Positions 23,423 through 36,913 of a DNA stretch of 64,000 nt are shown piece by piece. The position numbers and the translations under genes are program-made. This stretch comes from Vicugna vicugna (lineage: Eukaryota): NCBI GenBank assembly GCA_013265495.1, contig MU061560.1, forward strand, positions 248,001 to 312,000, written 5' to 3'. Below the pieces are notes generated by a model. It was not told where the DNA came from. It was given only the letters and a program-made list of their open reading frames with translations, and did not search any database. How positions within the stretch are numbered: the stretch's first letter is position 1; each line of letters opens with the position of its first letter.

Positions 23423-25940
23423 TCTGCCCTGCACCCAGAATATCTCCCATTCCTTTGTGTGCTTACCACATGCCAGTGGGGGTCCACTGTTAAGTAAGAC
23501 AGGCAAGGCCTTTGCCGGCTGGATGCTCACGTTCTAGACATTGGTTATATTAATCTCCATTCCATGCTATGCCTTAGGCCAAGGCATTCTCCATTCTGTT
23601 TCTGATCTTTAATTATGCATTGTTCCATTGTCAAAGCAGCGTCACCAGGTATGGTTATGCCAGTTGACAGCATAACGCAACTAATATCAGCAACATACAA
23701 TGCGTGAATTTACCACCTGCCTCTGCTCTTGGCTGGCTGGCCGGCCAGGGGTCCCGCCCTAGCTCAGCTGCTGCTGTAGCCGACTGCCATCAGTTGCCCA
23801 CATCCTAGATACAAACTTCCACTTGAATTCCCCAGCACTCTGCCCTGTTTACCCGATGGGCTGTTTCAACACTAGCAGCTGCAGAGCTGAGATAAGCTTA
23901 GTGTCAACTTTATCTCTCAACTGTCTGGGAGAGCTTTAGCTTACAGGATCATTTTTGTAAATGTTCTCTTAAGGAAGCGAGGAAGGATGGAAGGAAGAAG
24001 GAAAGAAAAAAGAAAGGAAGGGAGGGAGGGATGGAGGGAGAAAGAAGGAAAGCAGAGTCTTGCTCACCTAGTTTTAACTTGAGTTTTGCCTCTTTTCTTA
24101 CAAATATCGCAGCTCAGAGACAGGTCAGACACCCTCAAACAATAACTGCTTGCTCCAAGTCCAGTTCTCATCGGCCCTTTAGAAATTATGAGCCAGTTTC
24201 TTTACTTTGGTTTTCCTCTCTGAAAAAAATCACTTAAACTTAAATAAAGTTGCCAGATGTAGTCATCAAACGCTTGGGAAACTTGCACATATTTGTAATT
24301 CAGTAAATATTTGTTGGGTAAACGAATGTGGACTCTGTTGGAATTGCTTATTCCACAAATGGTCTCTTAGCAAGATTTCCAGAAACTATTTTTGTATTAA
24401 ATCAGAAAACAAAACAAAGAAACCGTCTGCTTCTTCCTACAGAGTTTTAAAATGGCTTTTACATGATGCTCCTGAACAGATTTTAATCTTGTTTATGGTT
24501 GAAATAAAAAGCCATCATCACGTTTTTCTTTTGGGTATTTCATTGTTTTCCCCCATAATTCATAGGTGTTCTTTGTCTGTTATGAATATTATAACTTTGT
24601 CTGTCTTGAAAATAGTTTTTTTCTTCTGTGCTGTTTCTCTGTTGAGTTTATGTATCTTTTGCCTGACAAAAATATGAAACGTCTACACTGTGAAATGTAT
24701 GTGTATTTTCCTTTCTAGTTTATTTTCTGGTTTACACAGAAAATGTCTACCAGATCCTTAAGTTATATAAATATTCTTAAATTTCTTCTAAATTTTAAAA
24801 ATTACATTTTCCAGTTAAAGCCTTCATCCACTGGAATTATTCTGTATTTATTTTGTTCCAGTTGGATAACTAATTGTGTCAGCATAATTAAACTACCCTA
24901 TGAAATGAATTGCTATCTCTGTGTCAGTAGTCACATCTTTTCCCATATTTCCTGTTCTGCTCCATTGATCTACCTTCCTATGATTAGGCCAGTATAATGT
25001 CTGAAAACATTGTCACTCACAGAAATTCAAAAATAGTAGAGGCTCCCTTCATTATTTTTGATTTTTATAATTTTCTTGGTTACTTCCAGATTTTTGTTTC
25101 TCAATATATGTAATTATAAATCATTTAGCTCCAAAACCTCATTGAGATTCTAACTGGAATCACATTACATCTTTTGATTTTATGAATATGGAACGTATTT
25201 TTGTTTATTCAAGTCTTTTGTGCTTTTTAAATATGGGTTTTAGTTTTCTTTATATAGCATTTGTTCTTTTCCTACAATATTTTATGGTTTTTCGGAAATG
25301 GAATTTAAAAAATTTCTCATTCTACCTGGCTATTATAAGTATAGGGAAATGTGATTGATTTTTATTAGTGCTTCATTTATTTGTTTTATAGTATTTGTTA
25401 TTTGCAAGCATTTATTAGCTTATCTTTTCTGTTTTGTTTTTTTTTTTTCCTGTTTTGAATGTAAGCCCAAGGTAGATCATGTTTACCTTGCTCACCATTT
25501 TATTCCAGCAGGTCGAATGAATGTGTCTTAAAAAGAGTTGAAGAGGAGATTCAACAATTTTTGCTACTTTCCCTTTTCTTAAAAAAAAAAAAACGTGTTT
25601 CTACCACATACAAGACTTTTAACATCCTTGGATTTCTGCTCCCAATAAATAATAGGGGAAGATTATCCCATTTTTTCCTTAATTAAAAAAAAACCAACTT
25701 TTTTGAAGTATATATTTTATATATCAAAAATCACCCATTTTAAGTGCACAATGAAGTGATTTTTAGTAAATGTACTGAACATTTTCGCCCTCTTGCTCAT
25801 TTATAGTTAATTTCTGTTCCCATCCCCACCTGTAGGCAACCTCTAGTCTACTCTTTGTTTCAATGGATTTGCCTATTCTGGACATTTCATATAAATGAGA
25901 TCATATACTGTGGGACCTTTGTGACTGGCTTCCTTCATAA

Positions 25941-26185
25941 TTTTTTTTAATTGAGGCATAGTCAGTTTACAATGTTGTGTCAATTTCTGGTGTACACCAT
26001 AATGATTCAGTCATACATATACATACATATATACGTTTTCATGTTCTTTTCATTGTATGTTACAAGATACTGAATGTAGTTTCCTGTGTTATACAGTAGA
26101 AACGTGCTGTTTATCTATTTTATATATAGTAGTTAATATTTGCAAATCTCAAACTCCCAGTTTATCCCTTCCCACCCCTTCCCCT
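25941..26185 (-). mobile_element. Short lineage L1 3' end nested in an L1MB-like element
   Basis: aattgaggcatagtcagtttacaatgttgtgtcaatttctggtgtac...tttatcccttcccacccc. Confidence 0.88.
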
Positions 26186-26894
26186 CAGCATAATGTTGCT
26201 GAAGTTCGTCCATGTTGTAGCATGTGTCCGGACTTCATTCCTTTACTGCTAAAAATATTCTATTGAATGGATATACCACATTTTGTCCGTCCATTCATTA
26301 GTTGTTGGATATTTAGATTGTTTCCATTTTGGGGTTAGTATGAATAAGGCTGCTGTGAACATCATAGGCAAGTCTTTGTGTGGAAACGTTTTCATTTTCC
26401 TTGGGTAGGTACCTAGAAATGGAACACCTGGTTCATTTTATGGTTTTTGAGAAATTGCTGCACTGTTTTCCAAAGTGACTACACCATTTCATATTTTTAG
26501 CAGCAGTGTAAAAGTTTCCCAGTTTCTCCTTCCTAAAGGTTTTCCTCCCAATTCATTGATGTACGACTGAGATATTATTTACATTGAGGTAGAGTTTACA
26601 TGATACAGTGCTCAGATCTTAAGTGTGCAGTTCAGTGACCGCTGTGTCAGTCAAGATACGGAACATTTCCATCATCATTCTGGAAGGTCCCCTTGTCTCT
26701 TGCCCCTTGGATGCAATTACTGTTCTGATTCCTGTCCTTGTACATTGGTGTTGTCTGTTCTAGAATTTCCTATAAACCAGCCCATACAGCTCTATGGTTT
26801 GGGCTTCTTCACTTAATGTAAAATTTTTGAGGTTCATCAGTGTTACTTATCTCTGCAGTTTGTTCTTTTTTAATTGCTGACAGTATTTTAAAAA

Positions 26895-27031
26895 AACTTG
26901 TTTTTGTTTTTGTTTTTCTGGAGGGGAAGGTAATCAGGTTTATTTATTTTTTCATGGAGGTACTGGGGATTGAATGCAGGGCCTTGTGCTCGCTAGGCAA
27001 GCATTCTACCACTGAGCTATAACGTCCCCCC
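26895..27031 (-). mobile_element. vic-1-like SINE
   Basis: Head and tail present. Degenerate TSD gctgacagtattt and gccgagagtattt. Confidence 0.88.
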
Positions 27032-27432
27032 GCCGAGAGTATTTCAGTATATGATTGCACCACATTTTGTTTATCTGTTTACCTTTGAGTCATTTTTAGT
27101 TTATGATTGTTTGGAACATAGCTACTGTTAAACATTCTTGCGTAAGTCTTTTTGTGGACATGCTTTCATTTTTCTTGTGTAAATACCCAAGAGTGTAATT
27201 GCTGGGTCATAAGAGTGTTGTATGTTATCTACTGATTTGTATGTGATATTAAGTCACATTACAACATTCTATAAGAATTAGAGTTTTTAAAATATCATGT
27301 CTGATTTTCTAAGTAATTGTACAATTTGCTGATACACATAATTTTATCTTTTATGATATTTTACTGATTATTTAATTTTCTTGTATAGAACCTCCTTAAA
27401 AATTCAATAGTAATGAAGACATTTATCGTGCT

Positions 27433-27592
27433 TTTTGTTTCTGATTTTAATGGAAATGGTTTTGTTTCTGATTTTAATGGAAGTGGTTTTGTTTCTGGTG
27501 TTAATGTAAATGTTTTATTTCTGATTTTAATGGAAATGTTTTATTTCTGATTTTAATGGAAATGATTTTGTTTCTGATTTTAATGGAAATGC
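27433..27592. repeat. Minisatellite, six copies of a 26-27-bp unit
   Basis: Unit tttt(g/a)tttctgattttaatggaaatg(g). Confidence 0.95.
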
Positions 27593-28206
27593 TTTGATGC
27601 ATCCTCATGTGGTATGATGTTTGCTTTTGGTAAATAGTCTTTATCATATTTAAATTTTTTAAGTTTTCTCTATTTTACTTAACTGCAGAATTATACTAGT
27701 ACATTGTCGGAATCGCTCAGTGTCTCCCTTTGCTTCTCTCTTTTTGTTGATATGATAAATTATATTTGTTAATTTCCTGAAAATGAACTATTTTAGCATT
27801 CCTGAAATAAATCTTACAAAAGACAAAAAATGGGAATAGGATTTTACAGAAGAGGAGATCTTAATGTTCAACAAACATGAAAAGAGGCTTGACCTTAGTT
27901 TTAGTTAGGAAAATGTATATCAAAGTAACATTGCTATACCATTCTTTATCCTCAGAGTAGCAAAATGGGTAATGATATGCGGTGCTGGTGAGAATTTAAG
28001 AAAAGAATACACTCATATTTACTGGAGGCAGTGTGAATTATTACAGCCTTTTGGGAAAGCTATCTGAGAAATATTTTAAAACTAGTAAGACATACACAAT
28101 CATTAGATCATATGTCTAAGATCTGTGATCTAATAATCATGTTTTGCTTTATGTTGGAATAGCCTTATATTTTTCATGAATTTCATGCCATATAAAAATT
28201 GGATTT

Positions 28207-28338
28207 GGGGGAGGGCATAGCTCAAGTGGTAGAGTTATGCTTAGCATTTAAGAGGTTCCGGGTTCAGTCTCCAGTACCTCCTCTAAGAATAAATAAGTAA
28301 ATAAACCTAATTACCTCCCCCCACCAAAAATAAAAAAA
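28207..28338 (+). mobile_element. vic-1-like SINE
   Basis: Full length. TSD ataaaaattg(g/a)attt. Confidence 0.92.
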
Positions 28339-29312
28339 ATAAAAATTGAATTTCATATTGTGAACAATATGATCAGAACATTTTCTTCAGTAATTAATGT
28401 GACCTTTGATTAGCATATAAAGTGACAGTGCATTATCCAGATTTTGATCCATTTGAAATAACATTATAGTAAAATTCTAATGATTTTAAAAGAGGCTAAA
28501 TGTTTATGTAAAATCATATTATTGGAAAAACTCCGTATAATGATAAAAATTTAGAAACAGCATGAAGGATTAATGAAATTATTCACAGCTGTTAAAAATA
28601 GTGATACACACGTGTTTAGAATGTGTGTTATTGAAAATTCAGCACGCACATGATGACCCTGTGTGCTTGGTGCTCATGTGATTGTGTGATGATGGGCAGT
28701 TTTGGTTTGTTTCTTCACTCTTACAAGGAGAAAGAGCAGAAGTTGTTTCTGGGACTGGGACTGTCGATTACTAAACCGCTTACAGTCTGAATTATACTCT
28801 TCCTGGTACAGCTGTAATTTCATCAGATTTAGTCACATCTTAATTAGATAGCAGGCTTCTCGAGGGAAGGCATCACTTCTTACGGGTCACTCTCAGAACT
28901 CAGAATCATTCTGATTTGTAATGTTAAGGGAGCATCATTGAACACCCCACTTTGAGAGAATGGGCGTTGCATCAGAGAGATCAGAGCTCGAGCTTTACAA
29001 AGAACAGGTCGTGGTCCAAGGATCATCCACCCAACTGCAGTGCTGGCGCCTGCCCTCTGCAGCTAAGCAGGCTCGACCACAGTCCTCGCTGGGACGGAGG
29101 CTGCAGTTTCTGGGAAAAGGACAGAAAGGTGAGACAGGGCAGGATCAGGGTGAAGGTTACACTGATTTACAGAAATGGAGGGCTGGATTTGATTCAGATT
29201 TGATGAGCTTTGGTTCAATTTAAGCTGGAGACTCTACTCCAGGAGATCCTGTCTGGTGCACAGACCACAGAGGCAGGAGTCTCATGACTTAGCGATATTA
29301 AAAAGTTAGGCA

Positions 29313-29428
29313 TTGCGAGGAGGGAATAGCTCAGTGGTAGAGCACCTGCTTAGCATGCAGGAGGTCCTGGGTTCAATCCCCAGTGCCTCCATTTAAATAA
29401 ATAAACCTAATTACCTCCCCCCTTAAAA
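29313..29428 (+). mobile_element. vic-1-like SINE, well preserved
   Basis: Intact A and B boxes. Perfect TSD aaaaagttaggca (29300-29312, 29429-29441). Confidence 0.93.
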
Positions 29429-29847
29429 AAAAAGTTAGGCAGGTGGCCCCTTGCTGGTTCAGTAGTGTGTGAAACATACACAGGAGCCTGGCAACTGACA
29501 GGGCAGGTAAAAACGTGGGCAGCTCTCCCCCATGCTGGTGTAGGGAGCTCTCTGTTATTGCTGCTGGTCGTCCTGGCCCAGTGCAGGCTGGCATGGGGGC
29601 ATCAGGGGCAGGCGGGCCGGGGGTCACTCTGCACCTTTCAGCTGGAGTGAGTGGATGAGTGAGGCTTTGTCTTGCGCTTTGGGGTAAGGGGCTCACACTT
29701 CATTTCGGGGAAAAAAAGCTGTTCCTTGGTTAAAACAGCACTCCACTTGTGACAGAGAAGCCACTCTTCTCCACAGATGACAGGGATGGGTTTTGGAGTG
29801 TGTAAACTATTAACAAAAAGAACAGGCTATATGCTTCATAGTTCTTT

Positions 29848-30098
29848 TTTTTTTTAACTTTTTTTTATTGAGATATAGTCATTTTACAGTGTTGTGTGAA
29901 ATTCCAGTGTAGAGCACAATTTTTCAGTTTTACATGAACATGCATATATTCATTGCCTCATTCTTTTTCACTGTGAGCTACCACAAAATCTTGTATATCT
30001 TTCCCTGTGCTATACAGTATAATCTTGTTTATCTATTCTACATATGCCTGTCAGTATCTACAAATTTTGAACTCCCAGTCTGTCCCTTCCCACCCACC
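29848..30098 (-). mobile_element. Short lineage L1 3' end
   Basis: T-tail plus 3'UTR. TSD tcatagttcttt (29836-29847, 30099-30110). Confidence 0.92.
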
Positions 30099-30552
30099 TC
30101 ATAGTTCTTTCAAGGACACTGAAAAGTAAATACGTCTGCAAGAAGATATTGTTGAAAAGAGTTATGCCACAAGTGAAGGGGCCTTGCTTTGCATTTTTCT
30201 GTCTAAAGTAGCCCTCTTGTGTCTCTCTAGAAACTGCAGGCCACACCTCAAGGGCTGAAGCAATTCTGTGGAGAAACCCACTTATATGGATTCCAGATGC
30301 CATTCCCACTAGAAACAATTCCAAGGACACACTTACATTTTAAATAAATGATAAAAGCAATTTCTAGATGAAGTGTACATTACAAAGGAGAAATATGTTA
30401 TTGGTACATTTATCAATCCATATAACCCGAAGTTGAAGCTAACAGAAAAAGTATCGACCCCTTCTTAAAATAGACTGAACACATTTTGAGGTAAATTGTT
30501 TTTCTTCCTATTTTTGCCAGCCAGTGCTTAAAACCTAATGATAGGATAGCAC

Positions 30553-31035
30553 TGGGGAGGAAAAGCTTTCCTTGACACTCTTAGGGTCTGTGGCTGGGTC
30601 TGTAAATTAAGCAAAGACAGATTAACAGGAGAAAAGCGTACAAACTTATTTAATACAGATTTTATTTGATGTGGGAGCCTTCATCAGCCAATGAAGACCC
30701 GAAGAAACTGTTAAACCTGAGTATTTTTATAATACTCAATATTTTTTAATGAGTTTGATAAAGAGGGGACATTTGTGGAGAAATACGATAGGTCAGAGTA
30801 TGAGATTAGGGAAGTAGCCTGGGGAGCCTTACCGAGGCTGGTTTCTTTGTATTCTTCTGTGTCCCTTTGTCTCTGGAGCAAAGGATGCTCCTTTCTTCCC
30901 ATATGGGGAGGGCATGTCTCACACGAGTGTTTTATGACCTTCCCTGCCTCTGTCATTTTCTCAGAGTCCTTCATCCTAAAATATTCGATATGCCGAGGTA
31001 CCATATTTTGGGGTCGCCTGTCCTGATCGCCAACA
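30553..31035 (-). mobile_element. ERV1 solo LTR, MER34/MER39-like
   Basis: TG...CA ends. Minus strand starts TGTTGGCGATCAGGACAGGCGACCCCAAAATATGG. Contains agacagattaacaggagaaaagc. Confidence 0.78.
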
Positions 31036-33525
31036 GTAGGTTGAATGGTAAAAGAATCTAAATTTCTACTTTCTTGATGTTTTATGTGCTTATTTTACTA
31101 AAACTATGGAAATCAGCAAAATATTTTCATTACTATAGTACTGAATTTTTTTAATATGTGTAGTTTTTGCATTTGGGCTGAAGTAATTCATCTTTGTAAA
31201 CAGGATTAAAGAGGACTTAAAGCAGAGGATTCTCCTGTACCAGGCAAAGAAGCAAAGCCTTATTTATTCACAGCTGAGCCCAGACCAGAATGTCCTTCTT
31301 AGGCATCCTTTCCTGCGAGCGCACAGCCAGTGACGTCCAGATGTGGACTTCAGTGCTTCTGAGCTCGTGGGTTCGACGGCCAGCTCTGGTGCTCGGCTCA
31401 GAGAACCCTGGGGACTTCTGTCTGGGACCCTGCGTTCACCCGCTGAGACACGTTTTCTAGGTCTGCTTTTCCACCTTCCTCGTGGATGGGTGTCTTCTAA
31501 AATGTCTTCTGGAAGAGTCTCAGCTGCCCTTCGCTTTCTAACCAGAGAGAGACTCAGGTGGCCCTGTTGGCACCAGGCACACATCTACTTATGATTCCGG
31601 AGTCAGACCTTTCTCTCATTTCCTGTGGTCAGATTTTTTATTTATTTACGTCATCCTATTTCCAAATATGCTTTTCCCTTGGGTCTCTTCACTTTTTTCT
31701 GCAAAGGATTTCCTAGACAAGGTTACCCTCAGCCTGTTGGAAGTACACGGTCCCCTTGAGGGGTCTAAAATAGAGTCCTTCCTTCAGTAATTCACAACTC
31801 TGGTGTCAACAGGTGACATTCTCCTCCTAATGTTGTCCTGCTAAATCAAATGTCATGCCGTCTTCCAAAAGATCACCGTTTGTAAACATTTTATTAAGTT
31901 AGCATTGATCGGACGTTGACTTTTTAACATCCATTATCTCATTTAATCCTTACCAGAAAGTTACTGAGGGACATTCAGTTTCTCAGGTCTGAGATGTCAG
32001 TGATTCGTCATCCATGTGTATCCCAGCTTTTAACAGCTTGCCTCTGTTGGCTCCCATCCCATTCTCTTGTATGTATATAAGTGTGTACACATTTAAAAAT
32101 TAACTCTACTGCAGGAGGGAGAAAAAAATAAATGCTTTCCATCCATCTTTACCCAGAAGTTGGAATATTACTTTATACAGTGGAATCAGAATCAGTTCAG
32201 AATGTTTTTGGCATTAGAAGAGATGCATAAAAGAACTACAGAATTGTTTACAAAAAATTCCACTTTTTGCTAATTTGTCATATTGAATGCCACGGTGTGT
32301 ACTAATTCTGGCTATAAAATGAAAACGATTATGTGTAGACTTGATTTTTTTCTAATTAACGTTTGAAATCATTTAAATCATTTACGATCAGGAGCCCTTC
32401 CTGATGGTAAATGTGTGTAAATTTTTATGCATGTAAAGGCAGTAAGACAGCTGGTTATCTTATGCATTATACGAAAGATTATGTTTCAGCACATTTTAAA
32501 ATTCAGCCAAACTAATGATCCTACCAAAAAATATTTCTCCTTCACTGGCTTTTAGAACGTAATTCAATTTTCTTAGCAATTTTTTGCTTGTTATTGGAAT
32601 GTACGTGTTATAATTCTACCAGAGAAAAACACTGACCTATGTTATTTTAGTGGCATTAAATTGGTCTCTTTACGTATATACGTACCTCATCAATTCAGCC
32701 AAAGCAAAAGCAAATTGCAGGGGAAGAAGTAATCTGCTGATCTGTCTGCACTGTAAGACTCTGGTGTCTGGAGGAATTGTGATGGCAATTGCTCTAAGAT
32801 GCATTCTGTTTACAAAGACTAATGTTGCAGGTGTTTTTAATTAGCTGCTACAAATGAAAAACTGCTGGTATATGGTTGTTAGATCTACTTAAATTCATTC
32901 CATTCCAAATGGAGGAGAACTTAAAGAATATCAGCATAGAACAGGAAACTGTTCATTAACAACCACGTTCAAAGAGGTGGTGGTAAGTGTCTGAATGTAT
33001 CCTTCTGATTTTAGGGGAAGGGGAAAAACTCGATTTCCTGTGATACAGACGATTGCATTCTGTATTGTAGTTTTCCAATTTCTTCTTATATGTAAATTTG
33101 TGTCCTAAGCAGATGATTCATCGCCAAGGAAAAGGCTCTTTGCAGTCCCCACTCTCTGGCACTGTGCACAGAAAATACTTACATGAGATTTGTAGTATTT
33201 CCATTCATAAAAGTTTTAGAAATTGTTTTGAGAAAATCCAAGGGCTAGACATACAGGAGAGTTAAAAGTGTTGCTATAATTTATCATGAAGTTTGGTGCC
33301 TGTCATTTACAGAGCTCTGTTCAATGGGTTGGAAAACTCTGTGTTGATTTTCTTATTTTCTGTGTTTCTACAGGCCTTGAGGCCGTTTTGCTATTAGTTT
33401 TAAAATGGCAATATTGACGCTCATAGCCAGGACTATTGAAGAACACTGACATTTTAGGTTACTGTAAAGTGCTTAAATTGCCTGTAATGGCATCTGATGC
33501 AGTGCCTTTATTGGAGAAAACATCT

Positions 33526-34096
33526 TTTTTTAATTGCAGTATAGTTGATTTATAGTGTTGTGTCAATTTCTGGTGTACAACAGAGAAATTCAGATATATG
33601 CGTATATATTCTTTTTCATATTCTCTTTCATTATAGGTTATTATAGGACAATCAGTGTAGTTCCCTGTGCTTTTTAGTAGGATCTTGTTATCTCTCTGTT
33701 TTATATGTAGTAGTTTGTACCTATAAATCCCAAACTCTTGAGTTCATCCCTCCACCCCTCCTCTCCTGCCCCTCGGTAACCATAAATTTGTTTTCTATGT
33801 TTGTGAGTCTGTTTCTGTTTTGTAAATAAGTTCATTTGCATTCTTTTTTAATATCCCACATACAAGTGATATCATATGATATTTGTCTTTCTCTGTCTGA
33901 CTTCACTTACTATGATCATCTCTAGGTCCATGCATGTTGCTGCAGATGGCATTATTTCATTCTTTTTTATGGCTGAGTAGTATTCCATTGTATAATATAC
34001 CACAACTTCTTTATCCAGTCATCCATCAATGGACAATTAGCCATGTCTTGGCTATTGTATATAGTGCTGCTGTGAACACTGGGGTGCAGGTGTCTT
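33526..34096 (-). mobile_element. 5'-truncated lineage L1
   Basis: 3'UTR and ORF2 end. Degenerate TSD gagaaaacatct and gagaagacatat. Confidence 0.9.
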
Positions 34097-35431
34097 GAGA
34101 AGACATATGTATTGCTTTGCTTTCATGGCACCCTGATCACACTGATCTTCTGCTACTCTGTGGCTTTGAATAGTCAGTAACTGACTGTAGCTGAAGTGTT
34201 ACATGAGTGATGATTGTTTTCTATCCTAGGTGAAGACCTAACAAGAATTTGCTTAAAATGACAGCAAGAGGAATTTAGACTTCAGAAACGCAAAGTGCAG
34301 ATGGTAAAAATCCTTTTGCCATGGGACTCCTTTTGCCTGAAACTTTGGAAATAGATAAATTAGATAGCTAAATTCCCTTTCAGCTTCTGATTTTTGGATT
34401 TTCATTGCTGTGTGCAATGTTTATGAAACCTAAATTTTCTTCAACTCATAAAATGTGTTTTACGGTTTAATATAAAGGCTGTACACTTTCTATTCCTTTT
34501 AGCTACATTCCTGCAGAACCTCCTCTGTGGTTTTCAATATGATTTGCTGAATTCCAGAAGTTTATCTGTAAGTCAGTTTTTAGGAACATGTGATTATAAG
34601 TTCCGTCCGGGTGGAAGTCCCTACTCTTTCATGTGTCTGAGCTAACAGTGCCAGAGAACACAGAAGCAGCCCCACCAGGAACCCCGCCCCACTATCTGGC
34701 AGGGCAAGCAGGGACTCCACTACCTCAAGCCACTGGCGGAGTTCCTTTCCCAGGATCTGGGAAGTAATTTTACGGGTAAAAAAATCTTAAGCCCAAATTG
34801 TGCCTAATTTAAATGATTGCTTTTGTCACATTCTCTATAATCACAGGAAATTTTTATTATTAATCACAAATCATAAGCAATTCCCATTCTTTTATGATGC
34901 TTCTAGAGAGCCAGTCTTATGGTTTTGATGCCTTATTGCTTAGGCTAAGTCATGCTCTGGTTAAAAAAAAAAACCCAGCATTTCAGGGACCTGCAACCAC
35001 AGGGGTTGACCTCCATTGCTGGGAGCTAAGAGTCTATTCCACATCATTGTCATTCTGAGACATGAGCCGAGGGAGCAGCTCCTCTCTGAGGCTTTGCTGA
35101 TCTTTGAGTGCAGGGGGAAAAAACGGAGTGGAAACATATGATGGCTCTTAAGACTTCCTGAAAGGAGTGCATGGTCCTTCATGCCACACGCATTTGACAG
35201 ACCCCATCAGATGGCCACTCTGGGGATGTGCAGTCCTGCAGAGAGGGGCCCCACCAGACGTGCAGCCATTAGCGTGGCATCAGTGTGGCAGGGATGTAAA
35301 ATCATTCCATGGTGAGGGGCGGGGAACACCTTTGTATAAGGATAAGCTCGGCTATAATTACGACATCTCGAGCCTGGCTGTAAATAAATTCTCATCTGTT
35401 TGCGTGATGAGGTCTGCATGTTGCTGACTTC

Positions 35432-35830
35432 TGTGGCAGAAGTAGCTCTCTGTGCTCGCCAGCCCATTTTATTTTCTTCCTGGGTCTAGAGGAAGGAAGC
35501 CTTTCTCAACCCCTTTGCATCTGTGTGGGGCCAGGAGACTATATATGGCCAGAGGACTATGGGGAAGTGATGCACAGCACTTCCAGACTAGCTCCCATAC
35601 GTCTGGCAGAACCCACCCTCTCTCTCTCTTTTTCTCTGTCATCATTGTCAGGGTGAATACAGAGGAGCCTGTCTCTAAATCACTGCTCAGAGGCGATGCA
35701 TCCAGGAGAACCACCTGTCCAGAAACATCTACTTTGAACTATGAGTTAGAACAAATGAAACTTTGTCATGTTAAGAAATTGAGGTTTTTGTGGTTCCATG
35801 TTTCTGTGTTACCCTATCCTGACCAATATA
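35432..35830 (+). mobile_element. Old MaLR LTR (MLT1J-like)
   Basis: tgtggcaga...ggaagtgatgcacagcacttccag...aaactttgtcatgttaag...ctatcctgaccaatata. Confidence 0.65.
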
Positions 35831-35914
35831 ACCTTGCTTGCTGGTTTATTTAATGATGCACATTTACTAGAGTGATGTGCATTTTGTAGTGAAGTGGTCA
35901 GATAGAACATACCT

Positions 35915-36062
35915 CCCCAAACTGCTGAGCCTATGTGTATATCTCTGCTGCAGAAATACAGAAATGTGACCAAAGAGCTGATTTTTAAATTTTATTTAAC
36001 CTTTATTACTTTAAATTTAAATGGCTACATGTGGCTAGTGGCTACCTTATTGGACCACAGAG
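35915..36062. mobile_element. MER3/MER33-like hAT fragment
   Basis: aaatggctacatgtggctagtggctaccttattggaccacag. Confidence 0.75.
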
Positions 36063-36413
36063 CCTCGATAGCAGACTTCACATTCACGTCTGAGTTTCCT
36101 CATTGTGAAGTATGTGAGATGTGTTAGAACTGATCATTTTACAAATGCTGTGCCTTTGCTTTAATCTCTGTATTACCTTTGTGGAGGTATTTGCCATCCT
36201 GGGAACCATTTACAAGTGTTATAAAAGACTATTTATCTACATTTTCCTATGTTTAAAGGACTCTTTCAAAGAAAGAGCTAAGTCATGTAATGAAAAGAAC
36301 ATTGGATTTGGTGCAAAATGTCTAGATTGTGTTGCCCACTCTCACTAATTGGCTATATGAATTGGGGCAAGTTATTTAAACTCTCTGGGTCTCAGTTTCT
36401 TCTATAGTGAACT

Positions 36414-36913
36414 TGTTACCAAATCCAAACTCATTCTGTTCACCTCACTACAGGCCAATAAATTGGGAGATGAGGTGGAGAAGATGGCAGACGAATGTCT
36501 TGGAGAACCATCATCCCCAAGTCAGAATTCTCCTTTTATATTAAAAGGGGGAGGAGATGTGGTTGGTTGTTGCAAACTTCTTGGTATTGGAATCCTTTGT
36601 TCTTGCAGCTGTCCTCGTGGGTCAGGTCATGGTGCTCCTGTAAAACCTACATCTTTGCAACATTTTTTTCTATGCATTTTTTTGCAGTGTTATTTTCTAT
36701 TCTGCAACCTGTTATCTTTATGTAAGTGCAAAATTGTTAATATTCTTTAAGGTCAGAACCTTGAGAATAGGCTCTCTGGTATATTCCAGGCTAAAGGCAA
36801 CATTCTTTACAAAAGATGCAGAGCTGATCAGACTCAGCCTAGAAAACAGGGCACAGGGTTAAAGCCACAGAAACTGATCTAATACCGAATCAGACTTGTT
36901 CTTTTCTGTTACA
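36414..36913 (-). mobile_element. ERV1-class solo LTR (copy 1 of 3), next to a MIR fragment
   Basis: tgttacc...tgttaca ends. Perfect 4-bp TSD aact. TATAAAA on the minus strand. Confidence 0.9.

Larger units (their letters stand above)
24530..28100. mobile_element. Cluster of old L1M fragments, mostly minus strand, with younger nested insertions
   Basis: L1M 3'-end wording at 25700-26530 and 26575-27220, degraded ORF2-antisense-like AT-rich sequence at 24530-25370 and 27290-27800, and a plus-strand piece at about 27810-28100. Confidence 0.65.

Noticed and set aside
27433..27592. CRISPR-like array
   Set aside because: Contiguous units with no spacers, in mammalian DNA.
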